This document shows positions 1-10,760 of a DNA stretch of 43,154 nt, piece by piece. Below the pieces are notes generated by a model. The model did not search any database and had not been told where the DNA came from. It was given only the letters and a program-made list of their open reading frames with translations. The number at the start of each line of letters is the position of its first letter. The first letter of the stretch is position 1. The stretch spans positions 89,371,186 through 89,414,339 of the forward strand of contig NC_068986.1 of NCBI RefSeq assembly GCF_001194135.2. Reading direction: 5' to 3'. The stretch comes from Octopus bimaculoides. Its lineage: Eukaryota. Both the position numbers and the translations under genes were made by a program.

Positions 1-859
1 CACTTTTACTAAAAGGAAGAATTACCCAGACATATTTATTAGGTTCTGGTTTAGAATATTTTCCGGTATTGTTTATAAATAGTCTTAGTTTATTATTATC
101 GTTGAGACAAGGTTTTATTTGACTTTTATTTCCCTTATTTCTTGAAAGAATGTTAAGTTTGTTGCTATCGTTAGGTAATTTATGATTGAGGTTATCTTCG
201 TATTTATTGTTATTATTTAAATTAAAAACTGTATCATTAATACTATTGCTATTAAAATTATTATTATTATTACTACCCATATCGGTTTCATAATTAGAAT
301 CTATATAATTAACCTTTTCTCTGTAACCTGCTTTTAATAAACATATGTAGGAATAAAGTATCCAATTATAACATTTTCTCCATTCCTTAAATTTATATAT
401 ATATATATATACCATATGTATAAACTATGCGTTTTATCGTAATTAACTTCTTTCGCCTATTCGTTATAAGTTTTCGACCATCGTTTGTAAAGCATCTGCC
501 ACATACATTAACGTGCACCCATGTACAATCAAGTACTAACACAGAGAGACAAAGGAGAGAGAAAGAGAGAGAGTGAGAAAGAGAGAAAGAGACTCACAGG
601 CACACACGTACACACAAATATTACAGATGGCAACTGACTGATAAACATACAAATAGATAACTGAATGCATGCATACATGCCTGCTTATTTTCTTTTCTTC
701 TCTTGTGTATCGGTTAAAGCCAGCAGCCAAAATTGCAAAACATAAAATATAAAACGTGTAACACAGAAACAAAGCGAAAACAAAGAGAAATTTTTGCCTG
801 TTTTTCCTTTGTAGATTTGTGTGATATGTCGACATCAAATAACTTATACATATACAAAC

Positions 860-1396
860 GTATATATATATAGATATATATACAAAGGCACAAACACACG
901 CGCATACATGCATTTATATACATATATATGGATGTGCGTGAATGTGTGTGCGTGCGTGCGTGCATGCGTGTGTGTGTGTGATTGTGTGTGTGTGTGTGTG
1001 TGTGTATGTGTGTGTGTGTATGTGTGTGTGTGAGTGTGTGTGCACTTATGCGCAAAGGCATATGATTGTGCTTCTATCTCTTCAAAGTTTCACCGTTTCA
1101 AAGAAAATTCACGCCTTTCTATTTATTTATCTTCGCCCTTTTCTTTGCTTTATTTCAGTCTTTTCTTTTAATGTATACGTGTGTGTATGTGCGTGTGCGT
1201 GTGTGAGTGTCTGTGTGTAAGTGTATGAGTTTGTGTGTATGAGCGTGTATACCTATGTATAGATACGTATATTAATTGATAGTTAGATAAATATATATGT
1301 TTATGCATGCATAAAAAGTATATGTCTGTACATACGTGTATATATCAACTTCTATGAAGGCGTATATATACCTGAATAGATACATATGTGTGTGTC

Positions 1397-1470
<74 letters not shown>
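860..1470. repeat. Compound (TA)/(TG)/(TGCG) microsatellite field
   Basis: Read directly; long (TG)n at about 966-1041 and 1386-1470. Confidence 0.95.
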
Positions 1471-1474
<4 letters not shown>

Positions 1475-2164
1475 CGCTCGCACGTTTTATGTGTATAAGC
1501 TAGCCTGCAAAAGACTGCATCAGGAACCAGATATTAAGTCAGGTGCCGTCCAAAGACATTCACCATTGTTCTGCTTCCTTTGAAGACAACTTATGGTTTC
1601 TATTGCTGACCGACTCAACTAAGGTTTGTCCTGGAGCACAAATATTCTTAAGGATGCAGGAATCTGGACAGGGTTGTTAATGTAAAATTAGAAACAAATG
1701 AAATAATTGTCTGTATATGTGAATGTGTTACGCTCACATTGGCTGTGAATGTAGAATGGATAGATGAACGGATGGAAGTGTCTGCTGGTGTAACAGTGGT
1801 TTCGTAGTGGTGTTGCAGTAGTGTTGGCCTTCGGTGCTTTTAACGTTTGTTTGGTGTCAATATGAAATCTTATTTGGTCTCTACCGCTAAATCTATCGAT
1901 CGATCACTATCGTTCTATCGCTCTCTTTATCTCACACTAATTCTCACTCTCTCTCTCTCTCTCTCTCTCTCTCGCTCTACACATATACGCACATGCACAC
2001 ACATTCACACACGCACGCACGCGCGCGCGCACGCATACGCACACACATACACACCCGCACACACACACGTGCACACGCATAAGCACACACGTACACAGAA
2101 AGAGCGAGAGATACATACCTTGCTACATATATATTTTATCACTCACAACGCTTGCTGAACAGTA

Positions 2165-3610
2165 AAGAAAGTAATGACCATATTACATGCATACACAAAA
2201 ACGTGAGCAACAATATCTTCAAAGTACGAATGGAACTACTGACCAAGTACTGTGAGAGTACAACTGTCTGATGTGACCCAAAGGTGACTGGACTGGCCTA
2301 CCTAAACAGAAGTTTGAGACGGAAACATGCGTCCTACCAGCAAAAAGCAATGCATCGATACCTATCCCATAAACTAGAGGATAGAAGCAGCATGGTCTTG
2401 GTTATCCTGGAATAGCAGATAGCTGCTAAATACCTGATACTAAATACCTGATAAACAACAGAGACCAAGCTTCCACGCTGTGATATAAAATATTGGATCT
2501 ACTATACCAGTTTGGAAGATGTAAGCCATATTATCAGCGGCTGCCACAAAATGTCCCCGGGTACTATCTACTCCTGCGACATATTGTTGTTGTTGGCACT
2601 CCGTCGCTTACGACGTCGAGGGTTCCAGTTGATCCGATCAACGAAACAGCCTGCTCGTGAAATTAACGTGCAAGTGGCTGAGCACTCCACAGACACGTGT
2701 ACCCTTAACGTAGTTCTCGGGGATAGTCAGCGTGACGCAGTATGACAAGGCTGACCCTTTGAATTAGAGGCACAACAGAAACAGGAAGTAAGAGTGAGAG
2801 AAGGTTGTGGTGAAAGAGTACGGCAGGGTTCGCCACCATCCCCTGTCGGAGCCTCGTGGAGCTCTAGGTGTTTTCGCTCAATAAACACTCACAACGTCAG
2901 GTCTGGGAATCGAAACCGCGATCCTATGACCGCGAGTCCGCTGCCCTAACTACGGGGCCATTGCGCCTCCACTCTGCGACATGATATAGTTGCAAAAACG
3001 ATTTACAATGCTTCCGCGGAAAGGATTACCCTGACAGATACATCAAAGGTTGAATACTTCAATGAAAACAGCAATCCAGGGCAAACTCAAAAGATCTGAT
3101 ATTGTCCTGTGGGACAGGGAACACAAGTCTTGTACTGTTGCAGAGGTCAGCTGCCCAACGGATGTGAATGTACTGTCAAACGTTCACGAAAGAGAGAATA
3201 TTACTGGTGAATTAATGCGAAACTTACAGCTCTGACTATACATTTTCATTTGTACCTATCATCATGAGGTGCATTGGACTATGCATTGGACTTTACACAA
3301 AGCCCTAGAAGTTTTACGTTTTGCGAAGAAAGAGCTAAAGAAACTGACGCTCATTCTTCATTCTATTAGAAGCTCTGTGAAAAGTTTTAAGAGATTCTAA
3401 GGATTCTCCATTTCACATTCTTTAGATGTATAGACAAATACACTTGGTTGTGTGCGTCCACTGTTCAGCCAGCAAACCAACCAGCTCAGCGACATATTTA
3501 CAAACGCTGGGAACACTCTTAACTCTTGTCACTTTGTTAGCGACCGATTTGAACTCTTTCTAAAGAGATTTGAACTCTTTCTAACTTAAATAAAATTCAC
3601 AGAAAAATAT
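2165..3610 (+). mobile_element. Decayed 3' portion of an RLE-type (REL-endonuclease, NeSL/R2-like) non-LTR retrotransposon, interrupted by a SINE at 2583-2973
   Basis: Translates, with stops and frameshifts, to EDVSHIISGC..K (zinc-knuckle remnant), YYLLLRHDIVAKTIYNA once the SINE is excised (RHD motif), and KRSDIVLWDREHKSCTVAEVSCPTDVNV (PD..D/E nuclease-like). A putative 3' UTR ending in AATAAA/A-rich sequence lies near 3590. Confidence 0.8.
2583..2973 (-). mobile_element. Full-length tRNA-derived SINE (family A, AAC tail) with 9-bp TSD
   Basis: Near-identical to copies at 15384, 25042 and 27763. Minus-strand head AGTGGAGGCGCAATGG with A/B-box-like motifs and an (AAC)n tail. TSD CTGCGACAT at 2574-2582 and 2974-2982. 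Confidence 0.9.
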
Positions 3611-3683
3611 ATATATTTATATAACTATAGCCATATGCGCGCCTGTGTATGTGTGTATATGTGTGTATGTGTATATATGTTTA

Positions 3684-3759
<76 letters not shown>

Positions 3760-4774
3760 ACGGACTAGCTTAAAATCTGCACTGCGTACAGACTTTTACG
3801 TGAGCTCCTGCAGAAAGCTAATTAAGCCTGCAGCCTAAAACTAAAGAGAGCTAAATAGCATGACTATAATACGTCTACAATGACTACATGCCACGGTGGC
3901 CTCTGATCAGATTCTAAGGGCGGATGAGAATTAATTCCATAGTGCAATCATTCTATTATTCCAGTCCCAAGTTGAATTCCAACCGTTGATCAACTGGTCC
4001 CAAGGTTCTCATCCCAACGTAAAACTAACGAAGCGAATGTCATTTATCTCCCCCATGATCTCTGACGTCATCTGATAAACACCAACTAAGCTGGAGTGAA
4101 TCGACTACTCTTTACCTGCTAGAAATAGCAACTCAAATGCTTTTAAATCATATTCCAATGGTGAATATTCAAGAACCAAATGAAGAACAGATTTTCAATC
4201 CCAGAATCATCGAGATTTCAAAAAGGCATAATATATCTATGTAGAGCAAATATAGACTAGGATACGGGCGTCCCGGACAGACAGAGTTTCATGTTTATTA
4301 TTATAGACGTTTCGGTCAATTTCGAGGTATGACCATTCACTTGTTTGATCAATTCATTCGATAACGTGGGAAGTGAGTAAACATTCCACTGACGCGAGGA
4401 TCTTTTTATGAAAGAAGAATCAATGTCACCGGAATTGAAATGCTTGACCCTTCACTTGCAGAGAAAGGTACGAGTTTTCTCAACAGAATTTCCCTCACAC
4501 GGCTTTGCTCGACCCGAACCTAGCGTAAAACTTTTGCCAAAATTTGAAGTGAACTACTTAACTAAGCTATGACTGTTTGTGATCACGCACGCGCGTGCGT
4601 ATATACACACGCACGCACATGTATATATAAAACTTTTGTATACGCACACATAAGCACACACTGTGTATCTGTGTGTGTGTGTGTATGTTTGCATACTTAT
4701 ATATATATATATATAAGTAGTTTAAAACTTAGTTTCTAAATCCATAACCTTAACATAGTCATTTTCCCTCCCTC

Positions 4775-5430
4775 CCTCCACACTGACCAGCTGGTTTCTT
4801 GTGCGACCTGATACCTACCTTGTATTTCCTGGAGTCAAGTAGAATTGTTCCAAGTACAAGATTCAGATGAGGTCATTGTTGTTGTGCAGCATCTTTTGCA
4901 GAGGCACCACAATGTTCATCCTGGTGCCAGAAATGTTCTTGCCCATCTCTTACCCTTCTTGTTGGTAACTCATTTGACAGAGATAGTAGAGAATGAGTCC
5001 AATGATAAATTTGCCTATGGATCTTGAAAGCTTGCATGAATCCTGGCTCAGTTATTTCTCTTATTGTTCCAGATGATATCTGTAATGCCGCATTATATTG
5101 TCGAATTTTGTTTTGAAAGTGCTGAAAATCTTGGTCGGTTGACCAAGTTTCTTCAATGGTTCTGTGGTTAGGGCATTCCAGAGAGTTTAACCGTTCCACC
5201 GCAGCACCCTAGCCCAGATTTCTCTCCAGGCCAGATCCTTGTTTTTCAGTCTATACACTCAGTTGTCATTGCATCAATGGAAACTTTAGTGTCATCTGCC
5301 AAATTAACTGCTGGATCATAGTTGAAAGCTGCTTCATACAAGTTGCTTCTCTGAGCTGATGTAACTGCTCTTCCTTCTGCAGTGGAGATCCTATTCCTTA
5401 TCAGGCGTGTATATCTCTGTTCAGCACTTT
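4775..5430 (-). mobile_element. Helitron Rep/helicase N-terminal fragment (pseudogenised)
   Basis: Minus-strand translation gives EAAFNYDP..VSIDAMTTECID*KTRIWPGEKSGLGCCGGTVKL, FQNKIRQYNAALQISS, GFMQAFKIHRQIYH and YKVGIRSHKKPAG. These match the CxxC..W.GE..G.CC..G.VKL, IR.YN.AFQ, F.I.GQ.YH and I.AD.KP.G motifs of Helitron Rep proteins. Confidence 0.85.
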
Positions 5431-5528
5431 GAGATGCTCGGGCACCTCCATTATTCGCGTGAAGAGCGAACATATATACACAGGCCTATTTTATATATAT
5501 ATATATAATGTTTGTATATATATGTTTG

Positions 5529-5733
5529 TGTGTCTGTGTTTGCCAACCCCAGCCCAACATCGCTTGTCAACCGATGTGTTTATGTGCTTACGTTCCCGTA
5601 AGCTAGCGATTCGGCAAAAGAAACCGATAGAATAGGTAATAGGTTTGCAAAGAATAAGCTCTGGGTCGATTTGTTCGACTAAAGGCAGAGCTCTAGTATG
5701 GCCGCAGTCAAATGACTGAAACAAGTAAAAGAA
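5529..5733 (+). mobile_element. SINE-like family B, 3' module
   Basis: Aligns by eye with 14665-14880 and 34665-34865 (CGATG..TTCGGCAAAAG..CCGATAGAATA..GGTCGATTTG.TCGACTAAAGG..ATGGCC.CAGTCAAATGACTGAAACAAGTAAAAG); preceded by TA/TG microsatellite. Confidence 0.75.
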
Positions 5734-5789
5734 ATACACACACACACACACATTTATATATGCATACATATAGGTATGTATGTCTTATG

Positions 5790-6213
5790 TATGCATGTAT
5801 TTATATATGGCCAATAATATTCTAAAACGCCACTGGGTAGAAAACGAAATCAGTGCACTGATAAACGCTTGGTACACTCACTATTCTTTAGACTCAGGTT
5901 ATATACCGAAACAGCTCCTATCCCAGTCTGTCATCCCGGTTTTCAAACAGGGAAACAGATCCCTCCCAGTCAACTATCGGCCAATCTCACACAGAGGAAA
6001 AGGATCCTATCAGCTTTAAACGGAGTCTAGACAGATTTCTTCAAGGAATACGAGACAAGCCACCCATACCTGGATACAACTCAGTCAATGAGAACTCACT
6101 ACTTGAATGGACCATATACAAAACTTGACTGTAAAAAGGATTTAGATAATCCTGTCAGGTGGTGTTATTAAGTTAGACATGGCCTGGACCAATCTTTGGT
6201 CGAAACATATCTA

Positions 6214-6218
<5 letters not shown>
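5790..6218 (+). mobile_element. Internally deleted CR1-like LINE remnant (RT N-terminus fused to C-terminus and 3' end)
   Basis: SLDSGYIPKQLLSQSVIPVFKQGNRSLPVNYRPIS (RT domain 0-1 motif) is followed directly, in another frame, by FKRSLDRFLQGIRDKPPIPGY..NSL (CR1-type C-terminus) and a terminal stem-loop GACCA/TGGTC at 6187-6201. Confidence 0.75.
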
Positions 6219-6253
<35 letters not shown>

Positions 6254-6682
6254 GTATGTACATGATTCGTTCGGAATTGTGGATAAACTTTTAGAAAACG
6301 GCAAAACATTTGCAGATGATGGCACTCTAAACATGAGTGACTCAGACTTTCCCTTAACAACTTGTTCAAATAAAAGTGCTCGAGCCTGACCTTATCAAAC
6401 AACTGAAAGCACCAAATCTATAAGGAAAGAAAATAGAAGAATGTGTTTTTTGTTTTGGGTTTGACAATTTGTTCACCAAATCTTTGTTTTATTTTTGCAT
6501 ATCTGTGCATATTTTCTCAATGTTTTTGCGTTTGATCTTGCGTTTGTAAACTTTGTTTCTCAACTCTTCAGCAGATTTGAGTGTACATACAATACCAATG
6601 AGTTTTGACTGAGTAATACAAGGTGCCCAGGATTCTTCGTTTTCTGCAAATACGTATTTGACTTCTAGTGAATTTATTTCGA

Positions 6683-6685
<3 letters not shown>

Positions 6686-6760
<75 letters not shown>

Positions 6761-6920
6761 NNNNNNNNNNNNNNNNNNNNNNNNNNNNNNNNNNNNNNNN
6801 NNNNNNNNNNNNNNNNNNNNNNNNNNNNNNNNNNNNNNNNNNNNNTCTCTCTCTCTCTCTCGCTCTCTCTTTCTCTCTCTTCCAATCACTCTCTCACTCA
6901 CTCTGTCATTCTCTCTCTCG
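6686..6920. repeat. (CT)n microsatellite spanning a gap
   Basis: CT repeats on both sides of N-run 6761-6845. Confidence 0.95.
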
Positions 6921-7518
6921 CTCAACCACTTAGTTACTATCTATCTATCTCTCGCTGTCTCTGAACTCGCGTCGCTTCGAAAAATAAGGATTCGGCAAGA
7001 TATCTGCACAGGTGTTCGAACAATTTACACGATTACGATTATTACCGTAGTCTTGTTTTTGCAGAGCCGAACCACGAGTCCAGTATTCAGAGAATACGAT
7101 TTGTATTGAATTACCTTCTCTAATATGAGCAGCTAAAGAGCGGGAGGGCCTCATCTGCCCTCGGTCTGTTGCATTGTCTGTGAATAGCAATATTTGAAAA
7201 ATAGAAGTTCTAAATAAAACAGGAGATAAGTACGTGCCAATGTACATTATACATGTATGTGTTTATTATATAAATATGTATGTGCGCACATGTGTCTGTA
7301 TTTTTAAAAATCACATACATAAAATATATTTATTTATATATATAAGTATACACGCACACACATATGCACATACACACGCACACAGACACACAGACGCTCA
7401 CAAATACAAACACACATATTTATACATATACATTGACATACATATATATATAGACATATATAATTTCATCTATGAGTGTATGTAGGTATGTGTGTTTGTA
7501 TGTGTGTGTGTGTGTGTG

Positions 7519-7564
<46 letters not shown>

Positions 7565-7799
7565 TTTCCTTTACCATGTTCAAGGTTCCATTCCATTTAG
7601 CGAGAAATACCATTTCCTTAATAATAATATACAAGAAAAGAAAATAATAAAAGGGAAAACAGCTTAAAGAATATTTGAGTGCTTTTATATATTATATACT
7701 AATGACTGACATGTCTTTTGTTGAAGACAGGGTGGGGGAGGAGGAAGAAGAGGGAGAGGAGGAGAGATAGTGGAGAGCGAAAAAAGAGATGTAGGGTAA

Positions 7800-8010
7800 G
7801 AGACAGGTTGTCAGAAGGAGGGGTTCCTACCGTCAAACGCCTTGAGTTTTGGTACAGTGTGACGATGGTGCTTGACCAAACACGGAATTTCGTGAGGTGT
7901 GCAAGAGTGGGAGTGGCGTGTGGTACTTGACAGACTTTTGTGGAGGTTTTTGTTAAGAGCGGGATGGTGGTATTTTTAGGGGAAGTATAGGTGGAGGGTT
8001 AGGTGTTAAG
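7800..8010 (-). mobile_element. Possible highly decayed I/Jockey-group LINE C-terminal remnant
   Basis: Minus-strand KYHHPALNKNLHKSLSS resembles the R.GHHP.L..YLH segment preceding the C-terminal CCHC of I-group LINEs; the rest is degenerate. Confidence 0.3.
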
Positions 8011-8704
8011 AAGGTAAGAATAGAGGTAATGGTAATTGTGAGGGGCAGGACGAGGGGAGGGACTAAGGGAAGTATAAAAGGAAACAAAGGGGATAGCAGC
8101 AAGAAAAGATGAGGTAAAATGGAATTGTGGGAAGGATCGGTAGGTGTATAGGGTGGGAGACAGTAGCTGGTGTATGTGTGCGTAGGACCACTTGCGTGTA
8201 TGTGTGTTTGTATGTGTATGCGCAGAGAGTCTGTGTGTGAATGTGTGCGTGGTGTAGGTGTGGTGTGGGAAAGGGTTATGTAGCGAGAAATAAAATAAAA
8301 AACGCAACCACAACAACAACAACATTAAGTAAAACTATATAAGTAAGCGTTCAGAATGGACTGACGTNNNNNNNNNNNNNNNNNNNNNNNNNNNNNNNNN
8401 NNNNNNNNNNNNNNNNNNNNNNNNNNNNNNNNNNNNNNNNNNNNNNNNNNNNNNNNNNNNNNNNNNNNNNNNNNNNNNNNNNNNNNNNNNNNNNNNNNNN
8501 NNNNNNNNNNNNNNNNNNNNNNNNNNNNNNNNNNNNNNNNNNNNNNNNNNNNNNNNNNNNNNNNNNNNNNNNNNNNNNNNNNNNNNNNNNNNNNNNNNNN
8601 NNNNNNNNNNNNNNNNNNNNNNNNNNNNNNNNNNNNNNNNNNNNNNNNNNNNNNNNNNNNNNNNNNNNNNCATACATACATACATACATACATACATACA
8701 TACA

Positions 8705-8735
<31 letters not shown>

Positions 8736-8987
8736 GCATGTATATGCGAATAGTATATACATATACATAATTCTGTGTATGTGTGTCATATGTCTATGTA
8801 TGCAAATGTGTGAGATATGGATGTGCTACTAAGTCTGTGTACAAAGAAGGAGCAAACATATTGCATGTGTGTGTGTATATATACATACATACATACATAA
8901 ATACATAAATACATACATAAATATGCACAAATGTACATATAATCACACGTATGTGTGTACGTGTGTACTTGGAGAGAGAGAGAGAGA

Positions 8988-9018
<31 letters not shown>

Positions 9019-9108
9019 TAGGTAAAGAATAAGACAGAGAGACAATAATGCAATATTCAAGCACATAACAAAACTAAATATAAATAGTATACATATATGC
9101 GTAAGCGA

Positions 9109-9154
<46 letters not shown>

Positions 9155-9529
9155 TGCCTCCAATACTAAGAATAAGAATATCCCTAAAAGAAATTACTCA
9201 AAATACAGATACATGGTTTTACCTTCACCCACACCCAACAAAAATGCACAAATAAGACCCTAAAATAGTACAAACAATAAAGCCCCCGACGACAAATACA
9301 AGACAATATAAGAAAATGGGAAGCTAAGAAAGAAATATGCTGTATGGTAAGAATATTGTGATAAAGATATTGAGGAATTCTCTTATTGTATGTAATTAAA
9401 GAAGCGAAAAAACAACAGAAACGATCTGAGATTTTTCATCTAACAGAGTGCTGCCATTGATAATGTGTTTGGTATAGTGGTATATTGCGATATATATTTT
9501 GTTGTTTTGTTGGGGAAGGAGCGGTGGTG

Positions 9530-9835
9530 AGGGTGACGGTGGTTATGGTGGTGATGGTGGTAGTGGCAGTGGTAGTGCTGTGTTGGAATATTAGTATTGG
9601 TGATGGTGGTATGGTTATAGTGCTAGTAGTGGTGGTGGCAGTGGTGGTGGTGGTGGTGTTGGTGGTGGTGGTGGTGGTGGTGGTGGTGGTGGTGGTGACA
9701 GTGGTGGTAGTGGTGACAGTTTTGGTGGTGGTGACAGTGGTGGTGGTGGTGACAGTGGTGGTGGTGGTGGTGGTGGTGACAGTGGTGGTGGAAATGTTGG
9801 TGATTGTGGTGATGTAGTGGTGGCATTAATATTGT
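9530..9835. repeat. (GGT)n-rich trinucleotide array
   Basis: Read directly; source of the spurious poly-V/poly-P/poly-H ORFs. Confidence 0.95.
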
Positions 9836-9867
9836 AGTTACTTAGTGGTATAGTGGCAGTAGTGTCG

Positions 9868-10760
9868 TTCACAGTACATTCTCTTATCAGGGAAGCTTGC
9901 AAATTCGCAAGAGAACTCGGCATTAACTCTGACTTAGATGAAGAACCTGAGACTCCTGCGACCAAACAAGCACAATGGATCAAATAGACTGCAAAAAAGG
10001 ACGGGCAGAAATAAACTGAGGAGCGATGGAGCCAGAAGCTTCTCCATGAGCAGTATATACTTCGAAGCCGAAATGCTGATGTAGATCAAGTAACAACTCA
10101 TCAGTGGTTGAGAAGCTCGGGACTAAAAGAAGAGACAGAAGGTTTCATATTGGCGGCACAACATCAAAGCTACCAGGCTCACGTTCTTCAAAACAGTTCT
10201 GACCCTAAATGCAGATTCTGCGACAAATTTGATGAAACGATAGACCATCTCGTCTCGGGATGTCCTGTGCTGACACCAAACAAATACAAAAATCGTCACG
10301 ATAGGATAGGACAGTATTTACATTGGAAAATATGTAAACACTACAAAATCAGCATTCCTTCTTACTGGTATGAACATCATCCTGTGCCAATCGCTGAAGG
10401 TAAAAATGTCACTATCCTCTGGGATTTTCCAGTCAACACTGATAGAACGATCCAGGCTAATCGAGCAGACATAGTCATTGAAGACAGAGAAGAAAACACA
10501 TGTAGACTAATAGATCTAAGTATTGCCACTGATAAAAATATATCTGTCAAGGATTTGACAAATTAAGCAAATATAAGCGCCTAGAAATTGAAATACAAAA
10601 GGTGTGGTATTTTAAAGCGAGAACTGTTCATGTTATTGTGGGTGACCAAAGTATGATAAGAAAGGGATGCCAGAAACATCTAGATATTATTCCAGGAGAA
10701 CCATGTCTCAGAGAAATCCCAAAGATAGTGCTGATTAGTACTGCCCGCATCCTTAGAATA
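9868..10760 (+). mobile_element. 3' portion of an RLE-type (R4/Dong-like) non-LTR retrotransposon ORF
   Basis: ORF 10108-10566 and flanks: HQWLRSSGLKEETEGFILAAQ, CRFCDKFDETIDHLVSGC (CCHC knuckle), RHDRIGQYLHW, ILWDFPVNTDRTIQANRADIV..LIDLSI (REL nuclease), KYKRLEIEI..W, TARILR C-terminus. Contains stops and frameshifts. Confidence 0.9.

Noticed and set aside
1514-1530. 14-nt match ACTGCATCAGGAAC to the miR-217 mature sequence as I recall it
   Set aside because: No complementary arm or hairpin nearby, and the 5' base and 3' end differ; most likely coincidence.
6178-6212. Hammerhead at the CR1 3' end (stem-loop plus GAAAC); same pattern in family-B SINE tails
   Set aside because: No CUGANGA upstream; interpreted as a LINE 3' recognition stem-loop.
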